Shown here: in pieces, positions 1 through 8,900 of the stretch
Position numbering within the stretch: position 1 is the first letter of the stretch
Layout of the letters: each line of letters starts with the position of its first letter
Assembly (NCBI GenBank): GCA_038230375.1
Contig: JBBRNJ010000016.1
Span: 32,001 to 96,000 of the forward strand
Origin: Polyangiales bacterium
GTDB lineage: Bacteria; Myxococcota_A; Polyangia; Polyangiales; Polyangiaceae
Direction of reading: 5' to 3'
DNA length: 64,000 nucleotides
Program-made: the position numbers and the translations under genes
Notes under the pieces: generated by a model
The model's database searches: none
What the model was told of the DNA's origin: nothing
The model's input: the letters and a program-made list of their open reading frames with translations, nothing else

Positions 1-276
1 GCAAAGTCGCTCGCGAAGTGTCTCGAGGACGGCGGGCATCTCGTGGAGCCAGAGCTCGACAAGGTGGAGAAGTGCGTAGCGAAGCTAGGCGAACGCTACG
101 GCTTCGACGATGCCCGCGCTAAGGCGGTGCTCGACGTGTTCGCGAGCAAGGCCGCGCTAGCGCAGCCCGCAGCAGCGAAGGTGGTGCTCCCGAACAAGTC
201 GCGAGAGGCACTGGGCCTGGTACCGAACACGGTGATCCGGGAGCTCCTCGCAGGAGCGGGCATCGAGCTGGAGTAG
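1..276 (+). CDS. 3' end of a gene that starts before the window; product unknown
   Basis: Frame 1 is open from base 1 to TAG at 274-276 with high GC3. Confidence 0.7.
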   Translation, partial: AKSLAKCLEDGGHLVEPELDKVEKCVAKLGERYGFDDARAKAVLDVFASKAALAQPAAAKVVLPNKSREALGLVPNTVIRELLAGAGIELE

Positions 277-378
277 TCGACCTTGAACTTCGACCTTGAA
301 CTTCGACCTCGAACTTCGACCTCGACCCCGACCTCGACCCCGACGTGGACGTCGACCCCGACCTTCGACCCCGACCTC
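277..378. repeat. Degenerate hexamer tandem array (TCGACC/TTGAAC/CCGACC)
   Basis: 6-nt periodic TCGACC-type units begin immediately after the stop codon. Confidence 0.85.
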
Positions 379-474
379 TCCAGGTGGATCGTCCGCTCGC
401 CGACGTGTGGGGTACACGGCCGCTTTTTGTACGACGCCTCCCCAAAATCGCCTGAAATACGGGGTCATCTCGCC

Positions 475-490
475 CGGCATGCCGTGTGCA
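475..490 (+). promoter_or_regulatory. Putative sigma54 -24/-12 promoter
   Basis: CGGCATGCCGTGTGCA has GG-N10-GC spacing; ATG at 503 lies 14 nt after the -12 C. Confidence 0.55.
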
Positions 491-502
491 CTTTGACTAC
501 AC

Positions 503-1513
503 ATGCTCCGCACGACGACATCCTCCGCGTCTCGCTGGCTTGCCATCTCCTCCCTCGCGACGGCCCTGGTCGGCTGCCTCGCCGCTGGCTGCTCGAGCGC
601 AGATGCCCCGTCCGACGGGACCATCACGGAGTCGCCGGTGCAGATCAAGAAGTCGCTCTCGGGTCGCTATGAACCGATGACGGCGGAGGGCGCGCCCACG
701 TCCGAGCTGTACGGCATCAGCTCGCTCTGGTTCAACGGCAACGGCGACTACCAGATGGTGACCGCGAACTGCGATTCCGATTGCGAGGAGACCGGCGTCT
801 ACAGCATCGACGCAAGCAACGTCCTCACGCTCAAGAGCTTCAAGAACATCGAGCGCAGCTTCCATCTGGACAGCCTGCTCACGGACGCCGCGCCGGCCTC
901 GGAGACCGTGAACCTGGAGAACACGGGCGGCTCCTCCGGCGGCGCCGGTGGTAGCGGCAGCGGCGGCAGTGGCGCGTGCGGCACCACGGATCAGTACCAG
1001 TCGAGCGACGAGTCGAGCAGCAGCTCCTCGTGCAACGCAAGCAGCGCACCGAGCGGCGCGGCGCGCGGCGTGGGCATGACTCCGAAGAGCGGCCCGAAGG
1101 TCGGCGACGGCAAGTCCTCCGCGGGCGCGAGCAGCATGGGCCGCACAGGCGGCGGTCAGGCGAGCCCGACGGCCGCGCACAAGCAGACCGTGACACTCCT
1201 CTACCTTGGCAGCCCCGCGTTCCTGAAGCGCTGCGCCGGCGGCAAGTACGGCTGCGGCCAGAGCGTCGACACGTATCCGGAGTCGGATCTCTATTTCTCT
1301 GCGCCGCTCCACACCGTCAGCTGCGGCGGCAAGGCGAAGTTCTGCAAGGGCACCACCTGCGTCACCGCGACGCGCGTCGAGTCGTCCGATTCGCATCAGC
1401 ACTTCGAAGGCTCGAACGGCCTCATCCGCGCGCTCGGCGACACGCCCGTCGATCCGTCGAAGGGCTGCAGCGGCGGCAGCGGAACCATCACGGGCGTGAC
1501 GATCGCCTGGTGA
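503..1513 (+). CDS. Hypothetical lipoprotein with Gly/Ser-rich linker and Cys-rich C-terminal domain
   Basis: Signal peptide with lipobox-like LAAGC; high GC3. Confidence 0.75.
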   Translation: MLRTTTSSASRWLAISSLATALVGCLAAGCSSADAPSDGTITESPVQIKKSLSGRYEPMTAEGAPTSELYGISSLWFNGNGDYQMVTANCDSDCEETGVYSIDASNVLTLKSFKNIERSFHLDSLLTDAAPASETVNLENTGGSSGGAGGSGSGGSGACGTTDQYQSSDESSSSSSCNASSAPSGAARGVGMTPKSGPKVGDGKSSAGASSMGRTGGGQASPTAAHKQTVTLLYLGSPAFLKRCAGGKYGCGQSVDTYPESDLYFSAPLHTVSCGGKAKFCKGTTCVTATRVESSDSHQHFEGSNGLIRALGDTPVDPSKGCSGGSGTITGVTIAW

Positions 1514-1540
1514 CCCCGCGGGTGGAGTAGACACGTTGCC

Positions 1541-2557
1541 ATGCGACGCGTCCTCATTCGATCTGCCGGTGGCTACGAGAAGCTCACGCTCGAGGACGCG
1601 CCCGATCCGGTGGCGGGGCCCGATGAGGAGCTCGTTCGGGTAGAGGCCATCGGTGTGAACTACGCGGACTGCATCGTCCGCATGGGACTCTATGCCTCCG
1701 CCAAGGAGTACGTGGGCTGGCCCATCACCCCGGGCTTCGAGATCGCAGGTGTGACGCCCGACGGCAGACGCGTGCTCGCTCTGACGCGCTTCGGCGGCTA
1801 TGCGACCCATGTCGTCGTTCCGAAGCGGCAGGTGTTTCCGCTTCCGGAGGGCTTCAGCATGGCGGAGGCCGCCGCGTTTCCTGCCGTGAACCTCACCGCG
1901 TACTACGCGCTACACGAGCTCTGCAAGCTGCGGCCTGGCATGTCGCTTCTCGTGCACTCCGCTGCCGGTGGCGTGGGCTCGTCGCTCGTGACGCTCGGGA
2001 AGATCGCCGGCTGCCGCGTGGTCGCCGTCGTGGGCGGCTCGCACAAGGTCTCGCACGTGCGCGCGCTCGGCGCTGACCTCGTCATCGACAAGTCGCGCGA
2101 GGACCTGTGGCAGGCCGCCGAGCGCTTCGCTCCCAAGGGCTACGACGTGGTGCTGGATGCGAACGGCGTGGAGACCCTCAAGAAGAGCTTCACGCACCTC
2201 GCGCCAACGGGACGTCTCGTCGTCTATGGCTTCGCCACCATGCTGCCGAAGAGCGACGACGGCACACCCGGCAAACCGCGATGTGGCAAGCTCGCCGTCG
2301 ACTGGCTCCGCACGCCGCGCTTCGATCCGCTCGCGATGACGAACGAGAACAAGAGCGTCATGGCGTTCAACCTCTCCTATCTCTTCGACCGCCCAGATCT
2401 GATGGCCGAGTCCATGGGCGCGCTCCTCGGCTGGGTCAAGGAAGGAAAGCTCAGTGCGCCGCGCGTGGAGAAGTTTTCCATGGAGCGCGTGGCGGATGCG
2501 CATCGCGCGCTGGAGTCCGGCAGGACGATCGGAAAGCTCGTGCTCGAAGTGACGTGA
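1541..2557 (+). CDS. MDR-family NADPH:quinone oxidoreductase (VAT-1-like)
   Basis: GVNYAD, PITPGFE, GGYA, HSAAGGVG and GKLVL motifs. Confidence 0.9.
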   Translation: MRRVLIRSAGGYEKLTLEDAPDPVAGPDEELVRVEAIGVNYADCIVRMGLYASAKEYVGWPITPGFEIAGVTPDGRRVLALTRFGGYATHVVVPKRQVFPLPEGFSMAEAAAFPAVNLTAYYALHELCKLRPGMSLLVHSAAGGVGSSLVTLGKIAGCRVVAVVGGSHKVSHVRALGADLVIDKSREDLWQAAERFAPKGYDVVLDANGVETLKKSFTHLAPTGRLVVYGFATMLPKSDDGTPGKPRCGKLAVDWLRTPRFDPLAMTNENKSVMAFNLSYLFDRPDLMAESMGALLGWVKEGKLSAPRVEKFSMERVADAHRALESGRTIGKLVLEVT

Positions 2558-2645
2558 CGTGACCACGGTCAGCTCTGGTCAGCCAATGGTCGACCAGATG
2601 GCCACAGGCCAGGGCAATTTGCAGCAGAATGGGGCAGACGCGCGC

Positions 2646-2661
2646 TGGCACGGTGCTCGCG
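2646..2661 (+). promoter_or_regulatory. Putative sigma54 promoter for the TerB-like gene
   Basis: TGGCACGGTGCTCGCG, GG-N10-GC spacing. Confidence 0.6.
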
Positions 2662-2691
2662 AAGGGAGTCTCCGAAAAGGCAGGTCCCCTC

Positions 2692-3084
2692 ATGTCGATG
2701 CAAAGCACGCACGTAGTAGCCGATCTCACGCAGGTTCAGCGTGAGCGCGTTCTCAGATTCGCCGTCTCCTCCGCGTGGGCGGACCTGTCGCTCGACGAGC
2801 GCGAGGTCGCGGTGCTCTTCGAGATCGCGGACGAGCTGGAGCTAGCACCCGCAGGTCGTGCGCGCTTCCTATCGTCGCTGGGAGGGCCGCCGTTGCCGGA
2901 GGATGTGGACCCTGCATCCGTGGGTGAGGAAGAACGTGCGCTCTGTCTGTCCGCGACGTCGCGTGTGATCGCGGCGGATGGACGCAAGACAGAAGAGGAG
3001 GAGGCATTTCTTGCGCTCCTGAGCGAGCTTCTTGGTCCCGACAACCGGGGCTTCCAGGATGGAGTCACCAGATCGTCACCCTAG
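2692..3084 (+). CDS. TerB-family (tellurite resistance-like) protein
   Basis: [12 protein letters not shown] and [15 protein letters not shown] helical motifs typical of TerB. Confidence 0.7.
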   Translation: MSMQSTHVVADLTQVQRERVLRFAVSSAWADLSLDEREVAVLFEIADELELAPAGRARFLSSLGGPPLPEDVDPASVGEEERALCLSATSRVIAADGRKTEEEEAFLALLSELLGPDNRGFQDGVTRSSP

Positions 3085-3090
3085 CTTCAC
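3064..3090 (+). promoter_or_regulatory. Pho-box-like direct repeats upstream of pstB
   Basis: GTCAC at 3064, GTCAC at 3075 and TTCAC at 3086, an 11-bp period. Confidence 0.65.
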
Positions 3091-3124
3091 GCTGTACACG
3101 CCCGGCCGCTGCACCTTGCGCTAC

Positions 3125-3910
3125 ATGGCCGCAGCCGCAACGTTCGAGCGTGGTGAGTCGCAGGTGCTCCGCACGCGGCAGCTCACCGTCGCGTATGGAG
3201 AGAAGGTCGCGGTCAAGGATGTCTCGCTCGACATTCGCGACCGCGAAATCATCGCGCTCATAGGCCCCAGCGGCTGCGGCAAGAGCACCTTCCTTCGCAC
3301 CCTGAACCGCATGAACGACACGGTGGATGGCGTGCGGGTCACGGGCTCCGTGGAGCTCCTGGGGCATGACATCTACGCCAAGGACGTGGACCCGGTGCTC
3401 GTTCGGCGGCACGTGGGCATGGTCTTCCAGCGGCCGAATCCGCTCGCGAAGAGCATCTTCGACAACGTGGCGTATGGGATGCGCGTGGCGGGAATACGAG
3501 ACAAGAAGGTGCTCGCGCAGCGCGTGGAGAGCGCGCTCGAGAGCGCGGCGCTGTTCGCGGAGGTGAAGGACCGGCTCCAGGAGTCGGCGCTGAGCCTCTC
3601 CGGCGGCCAGCAACAACGCCTGTGCGTCGCGCGCGCGCTTGCGTGCGAGCCCAGCGTGCTCCTGATGGATGAGCCTGCCAGCGCGCTGGATCCGATCTCC
3701 ACGGAGAAGGTCGAGGAGCTGGTCGTGGAGCTGGCCAAGCGTCTGTGCATCGTCATCGTCACGCACAGCATGAACCAGGCGATCCGCGTCGCGCACCGGA
3801 CCGCATTCTTCTACCTGGGCGAGCTTGTGGAGGTCGGCCCAACGGAGGAGCTGTTCGAGTCACCGCGGCAGGAACGGACGAAGAGCTACGTCACGGGGAG
3901 GTTTGGATGA
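3125..3910 (+). CDS. pstB: Phosphate ABC transporter ATP-binding protein
   Basis: [37 protein letters not shown] and C-terminal YVTGRFG. Confidence 0.97.
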   Translation: MAAAATFERGESQVLRTRQLTVAYGEKVAVKDVSLDIRDREIIALIGPSGCGKSTFLRTLNRMNDTVDGVRVTGSVELLGHDIYAKDVDPVLVRRHVGMVFQRPNPLAKSIFDNVAYGMRVAGIRDKKVLAQRVESALESAALFAEVKDRLQESALSLSGGQQQRLCVARALACEPSVLLMDEPASALDPISTEKVEELVVELAKRLCIVIVTHSMNQAIRVAHRTAFFYLGELVEVGPTEELFESPRQERTKSYVTGRFG

Positions 3911-4803
3911 GAACGATATTTGCACTCTGCATGTTTTCGCTCGCGCTCGCTGGCTGCACCCGCACAGATGGGGGAGGGCAGGGGAACGGGGGGCCATCCG
4001 GGTCCACGTCGTCCACGTCAGTCATGACGGAGAAGAGCTCCCTGCAGGTGAAGGGCTCGGACACGATGGTCATCCTTGGCCAGCGCTGGGCAGAGAGCTT
4101 CATGAAGGAGAACCCGGCTGTCTCTGTGCAGGTCATGGGCGGTGGCTCCGGCACGGGAATCGCGGCGCTCATCAACGGCACCACGGACATCTGTCAGGCA
4201 AGCCGTCCGATGAAGGACAAGGAGAAGGACGACCTCAAGGCCAAGCGCGGTCAGCCCGCGGTGGAGATCAAGGTCGCGCTGGATGCGCTCGCCATCTACG
4301 TGAACGAGAAGAACCCCATGACGGAGATCGCGCTGCCGGACCTGGGCAAGATCTTCAAGGGCGAGCTCGTGCAGTGGAAGGAGGTCGGGGGACCCGCGAC
4401 GAAGGTCGTCCTGTACGGGCGAGAGAACAGCTCGGGCACGTACAGCTTCTTCAAGGAGCACGTGCTGGAGAACAAGGACTTCGCCTCATCCACGCAGGCG
4501 CTGGCCGGCACGTCCGCCGTGGTCGCCGCCGTGAAGGGCGACGCGAACGGTATTGGCTATGGGGGCATCGCGTTCTCCGAAGGCATCCACGTCCTGAACG
4601 TGAAGAAGGACGCATCATCGCCAGCGGTGAAGCCGTCGCTCGAGAGCGCGCAGAGCGGCGCGTACCCGCTCGCTCGTTTTCTGTACTTCTACACGGCGGG
4701 TGAGCCCGCGGGTGCGTCGAAGCGCTTCGTCGAGTGGGTGAAGAGCGACGCGGGGCAAAAGGTGATCGAGAGCGTCGGGTACTACCCGCTGGTCAGGAAC
4801 TGA
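3907..4803 (+). CDS. pstS: Phosphate ABC transporter substrate-binding lipoprotein
   Basis: Lipobox [17 protein letters not shown] and RENSSGT; ATGA overlap with pstB. Confidence 0.93.
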   Translation: MRTIFALCMFSLALAGCTRTDGGGQGNGGPSGSTSSTSVMTEKSSLQVKGSDTMVILGQRWAESFMKENPAVSVQVMGGGSGTGIAALINGTTDICQASRPMKDKEKDDLKAKRGQPAVEIKVALDALAIYVNEKNPMTEIALPDLGKIFKGELVQWKEVGGPATKVVLYGRENSSGTYSFFKEHVLENKDFASSTQALAGTSAVVAAVKGDANGIGYGGIAFSEGIHVLNVKKDASSPAVKPSLESAQSGAYPLARFLYFYTAGEPAGASKRFVEWVKSDAGQKVIESVGYYPLVRN

Positions 4804-4805
4804 AC

Positions 4806-5768
4806 ATGCAGCACTCCAGCGCCAATCTCCTCAGGACCGCGCCGAAGACGGGCAAGAACCCGTTCACGGCATCCACGAGGCCGCTGGAGGCCATCGCGGA
4901 GGGCGTCGTGATGGTAACGGCGCTGCTGTCGATCCTGGCGCTGCTGCTCATCGTCGTGTTCGTCCTGAAGGAGGCGCTGCTAGGGAGCGAGCCGATCTCG
5001 GTCTCGGACATGCTGTCCTTCGACTCGAAGAAGGCCGCGTGGCAGCCCGTGAGTGAGGTGCCCCGATACAGCGTGTGGCCGCTCCTGCTCGGCACGCTCA
5101 AGATCACGCTGGTGTCGATGTTGGTGGCGGTCCCCGTGAGCCTGGGCGCCGCCGTCTACACCGCGGAGCTTGCGCCGCGTCGCATGCGCGAGCTGATCAA
5201 GCCCGCGGTCGAGCTCCTGTCCGGTCTTCCGTCGGTGGTCGTCGGGTTCTTCGCGCTCGTCGTGCTCGCCACGTGGACGCAGTCCCTGCTGGGCGCGGAG
5301 CATCGCCTCAATGCGGTCGTGGCGGGTCTTGGCCTCGCGTTCTGCGTGTGCCCCGTGATCTTCTCGCTCGCGGAGGACGCGCTGCGCGCCGTGCCTCGTG
5401 CGTACGTGGACGCGAGCCTCGCGCTCGGCGCGAGTCGCACCACCACGATCTTCCGCGTGCTCCTTCCAGCTGCGGCCCCCGGGCTCCTCTCGGCGGTGAT
5501 GCTCGGCTTCGGGCGCGCGATCGGTGAGACCATGATTGTCGTCCTTGCATCCGGCAACGCCGCGCTCCTGGACGCGCGCTTCGACCACTCTGCGCGGACG
5601 GTCACGGCGACCATCGCGCAGGAGCTGGGTGAGGTCGTGGTGGGCAGCACGCACTACCGCATGCTCTTCGTCCTGGGCCTCGCGCTCTTCTTCTCCACCC
5701 TCGGCATCAACATCCTCGCGCAGCGCGCGTCTGCACGCATGCGCAAGAAGCTGGGTGGTGGGGCGTGA
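4806..5768 (+). CDS. pstC: Phosphate ABC transporter permease
   Basis: ELLSGLPSVVVG, ASLALGAS and GRAIGETM. Confidence 0.93.
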   Translation: MQHSSANLLRTAPKTGKNPFTASTRPLEAIAEGVVMVTALLSILALLLIVVFVLKEALLGSEPISVSDMLSFDSKKAAWQPVSEVPRYSVWPLLLGTLKITLVSMLVAVPVSLGAAVYTAELAPRRMRELIKPAVELLSGLPSVVVGFFALVVLATWTQSLLGAEHRLNAVVAGLGLAFCVCPVIFSLAEDALRAVPRAYVDASLALGASRTTTIFRVLLPAAAPGLLSAVMLGFGRAIGETMIVVLASGNAALLDARFDHSARTVTATIAQELGEVVVGSTHYRMLFVLGLALFFSTLGINILAQRASARMRKKLGGGA

Positions 5769-6703
5769 TCTCCCCCGTCGCCGATCGTGAAGCGCGTTCG
5801 TTTGCGTCGCGTCCCATCGACCTCGTGCCGAGCTACCTCACGACCGCGCTCACGGGAGGCTGCGCGTTCCTCCTGATCCTCATGTTCGGCGTGGTCATGG
5901 TGGATGTGCTCCGGCACGGCCTACCCGTGCTCTCGTGGGAATTTCTCTCCCAGCCCCCGCGCGAGGGCATGACGAAGGGCGGCATCCTGCCCGCCATCGT
6001 GGGCACCACGCTGCTCACGCTGCTCATGACCGTGATGACCGTCCCCGCGGGCGTCCTCACCGCGATCTACCTCTGCGAGTACTCGCCCCGGGACTCGAGG
6101 CTCGCGTACGTCGTTCGGCTCTGTGTGAAGAATCTCGCGGGTGTGCCGTCCATCGTCTACGGCCTCTTCGGCGTGGGGTTCTTCGTGGCCGCGCTGGGCA
6201 GCGGGCTCGATGGCGCGCTCTTCGGCGGTCACACCACCTACGGCAAGGGCTGCCTGGTGTGGGCGTCCGCCACCCTTGCGATCCTCACGCTGCCTGTCGT
6301 GGTCGTCGCGACCGAGGAGGCGCTGCTCGCGGTACCAAGGGAGATGAGGGACGGAAGCCTCGCGCTCGGCGCGACCAAGCTGCAGACCATCGTGCGCGTC
6401 GTGCTCCCGCGCGCGCTCCCCGGAATCCCCACGGGCGCCATCCTCGCGATCGGGCGCGGCGCGGGAGAGGTCGCGCCCATCCTGTTCACGGGCGCCGCGT
6501 ACTACCTGCCGGAGCTGCCCACGCACATGAACGATCCGTTCATGAACCTGGGCTACCACGTCTACGTGCTTGCCACGCAGTCACCCAATGTCGACCAGAC
6601 AAGACCGCTGCTCTACGGAACGGTGCTCGTGCTGCTCGTGATCTCGTTCGCGATGAATTTCACCGCGTTCATCGTGCGGTCGCGCATGAGGGCGAAGGAG
6701 TAG
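5765..6703 (+). CDS. pstA: Phosphate ABC transporter permease
   Basis: GGILPAIVGT, NLAGVPSIVYGLFG and GRGAGEVAP. Confidence 0.93.
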   Translation: MISPVADREARSFASRPIDLVPSYLTTALTGGCAFLLILMFGVVMVDVLRHGLPVLSWEFLSQPPREGMTKGGILPAIVGTTLLTLLMTVMTVPAGVLTAIYLCEYSPRDSRLAYVVRLCVKNLAGVPSIVYGLFGVGFFVAALGSGLDGALFGGHTTYGKGCLVWASATLAILTLPVVVVATEEALLAVPREMRDGSLALGATKLQTIVRVVLPRALPGIPTGAILAIGRGAGEVAPILFTGAAYYLPELPTHMNDPFMNLGYHVYVLATQSPNVDQTRPLLYGTVLVLLVISFAMNFTAFIVRSRMRAKE

Positions 6704-6788
6704 GGGAGGGAAGCCTCGGGAGCTGTGCTTGCGCGCAGTTGGACGTGTGAGCTGTTCCAGACCACGCTCTCGCGGTAGCGTCGATGAG

Positions 6789-7781
6789 GTGGCAGAGGAC
6801 GACCCATATCGTGATCCGCGCGAGGGGCAGCGCATCCACGAGGAGCGGCGTCGCGAGGAGCAGGAAGAGCACGCGCGTTTTGCTGGCGCGGTGCGACCAC
6901 CGATCTCGGCGCGGCGAATCGTGCTCGCGCTCTTCGTGCTCGCCTGCGCGTCGGGCTCGCTCGTGTACTGGCTGCGGAAGACGCAAGTGATCGCCCCACC
7001 GGTATCGCCTGCGCCCTCGGCCGCGAGACTGGATTCGCTCGCGTGCGTGCAGCTCCTGGCCGACTATCACGCCGCGCTCGACAAGGCGCGCGCGTGCACG
7101 CAGGACAGCCACTGCGTCGCCGAGCAGCGCGGTCTCTACATGACGGGCCTCGACGGGTGCGCGCGCTTCGCAGTGCCGAGCAAGGACCTGCTCGTCGCGG
7201 ACGACAGAGCCCAGCGCTGGCAAGCCGGCGGATGCGCGGGCGAGTACCGCCTATGCGTCGTGCCTCGCCCCGCGATCTGCGAGCAGCAGCTGTGCACGGA
7301 GAAACCACCTGACTTCGTTCCGCGCTCGTGGCACCGGCTGCAGCTTCCTGGCGTGTTCACGTTCTTCGCGCCCGGGGATGTCGTGGACATCGGCCTGGGT
7401 GGACTTATCCCCGAGGACTCCTGGGTCACGCGCTTCGGCAACCCGAGTTACTTGTTCTCGTTCGACGTGCAGGGCTTCAACGTGGAGCCACTGCCGGAAG
7501 GCGGGATTCCCGCACGCACGGACGGGCGCATCGTGCGGGGCGAAGAGATGATGCTCGGCGGAGCGCGCGCGCGCCTGGACATCACCGTGCCGTTCGACGC
7601 GGATGCCAACGGCCCGTTCGACGTCTCCGTGTGGTCGCCCAGGGTCCCCAGCCAGGTCACGCCGGAGAACATGTACTTCGCTGGGGGGCACCCCGTCTCG
7701 GTCGGCATTCGCAGCACGTGCGCGACGAGGGCGGACTGCGATGAGCTCGTGAAGATGCTGCGCACGTTCGAGCCCTGGTGA
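6789..7781 (+). CDS. Hypothetical single-pass membrane protein with Cys-rich region
   Basis: Open frame with one TM segment; GTG start chosen 7 nt after TAGCGT. Confidence 0.6.
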   Translation: MAEDDPYRDPREGQRIHEERRREEQEEHARFAGAVRPPISARRIVLALFVLACASGSLVYWLRKTQVIAPPVSPAPSAARLDSLACVQLLADYHAALDKARACTQDSHCVAEQRGLYMTGLDGCARFAVPSKDLLVADDRAQRWQAGGCAGEYRLCVVPRPAICEQQLCTEKPPDFVPRSWHRLQLPGVFTFFAPGDVVDIGLGGLIPEDSWVTRFGNPSYLFSFDVQGFNVEPLPEGGIPARTDGRIVRGEEMMLGGARARLDITVPFDADANGPFDVSVWSPRVPSQVTPENMYFAGGHPVSVGIRSTCATRADCDELVKMLRTFEPW

Positions 7782-7804
7782 GGTCGAACCTGCGCCGCCA
7801 CGGA

Positions 7805-8686
7805 TTAGCGGCCCTTCGTTGAGGTCTCTGTCGATGCCGCCAGAAACGCCGACACATCCGCGGCGTCGATGCGCGCGTGAAGACGCTCCTTCAGCGCGCG
7901 CTCCCTCTCGCGCAGCGCGTCCTCGCCACCCAGGCGCGTGAGGTCCTCGCGGAACAGCTGCTCGTGCGCGAGATCCTCGAGGATCGACGCGGCGAAATCG
8001 ACGCCGCGCTTCGTGTCGATGCCGAACGTGAGATGCACGGAAGGAGACGTCAGGACCTCCGCGTGATGCACCTCGCCGCGCGGCAGATAGAGCACGTCGC
8101 CGGCGCTCACGAGGCCGTCCCACTGCGGCGCACCAAAATCCACGCCGTCCGGGCTGCGCGTGATGGGTGAGGGCGTGGGCGTCCCGTGCGAGAACCACCG
8201 CTTTGCGCCGAGCACCTGCAGCACCAGCACGTCGTGGTCGTCGTAGTGCGGTGCCAGCGCGCCGCCCGCTCCGTGCGTGACGTACGCGTTCGCCCAGACC
8301 GTATGCCCGAGCCGCTCCGCCAGCGCCGCGGAGAGCCGCGCGATATCCGGCACGTCCTCGTCGATGGCAGCCACGACGAAGCTCACGCCTTCCGCGATCA
8401 AGGTGTCGAGAGCGTCCTTCCGCACGCGCCCCTCCGCCGTGCGAAACGCGTTCGCAGGCACGACGTCCCCCGCACGAAGTACCGAGAGCCGCGTCGCGGG
8501 CAGGTGCTCGGACGACAGGAGTCGCTCGAGCATCCACATCGGAAGCAGAGGCTCCGCCCGCCGTGCATCGCCGCCCGTCACGAGCATCCGCTCCTTCCGG
8601 ACGAACGCATCGACGAACGCAGCGTCCGGCGTGTCGCCCAGCAGCGATCGCAGGTCGAAGGGCGACGGGTTCGCTTCGCGGCTCAC
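7805..8686 (-). CDS. JmjC/cupin-4 2-oxoglutarate-Fe(II) oxygenase (YcfD/ROX-like)
   Basis: HYDDHDVLVLQVLGAKRW and LYLPRGEVH supply the HxD...H metal triad. Confidence 0.85.
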   Translation of the reverse strand: MSREANPSPFDLRSLLGDTPDAAFVDAFVRKERMLVTGGDARRAEPLLPMWMLERLLSSEHLPATRLSVLRAGDVVPANAFRTAEGRVRKDALDTLIAEGVSFVVAAIDEDVPDIARLSAALAERLGHTVWANAYVTHGAGGALAPHYDDHDVLVLQVLGAKRWFSHGTPTPSPITRSPDGVDFGAPQWDGLVSAGDVLYLPRGEVHHAEVLTSPSVHLTFGIDTKRGVDFAASILEDLAHEQLFREDLTRLGGEDALRERERALKERLHARIDAADVSAFLAASTETSTKGR

Positions 8687-8710
8687 CCACTTCAAGTTAC
8701 ACCATGGCCA

Positions 8711-8848
8711 CGAGGTCGAGGTCGTCGTCGAGGTCGAAGTCGTCGTCGAGGTCGAGGTCGAGGTCGTCGTCGAGGTCGAAGTCGAGGTCGTCGTCGAAGT
8801 CGAGGTCGTCATCGAGGTCGCGGTCGAGGTCGCGGTCGAGGTCGTCGT
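8711..8848. repeat. (GTCGAG/GTCGTC/GTCGAA)n array in the divergent cupin-thrS spacer
   Basis: Directly visible 3/6-nt periodicity. Confidence 0.9.
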
Positions 8849-8900
8849 CCCGCCGCCCCGGCGGTTTCGTGATAGGGTTCCGTCCGAGAAATCACTGATC

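Noticed and set aside
8711..8848. Thr-rich reading frame next to thrS as an attenuator leader
   Set aside because: The Thr codons are antisense to thrS, and the same repeat occurs at unrelated loci.
8277..8900. 867-aa extended ThrS, and 449-aa extended cupin
   Set aside because: These are open-frame artefacts across the stop-free repeat and the opposite gene.
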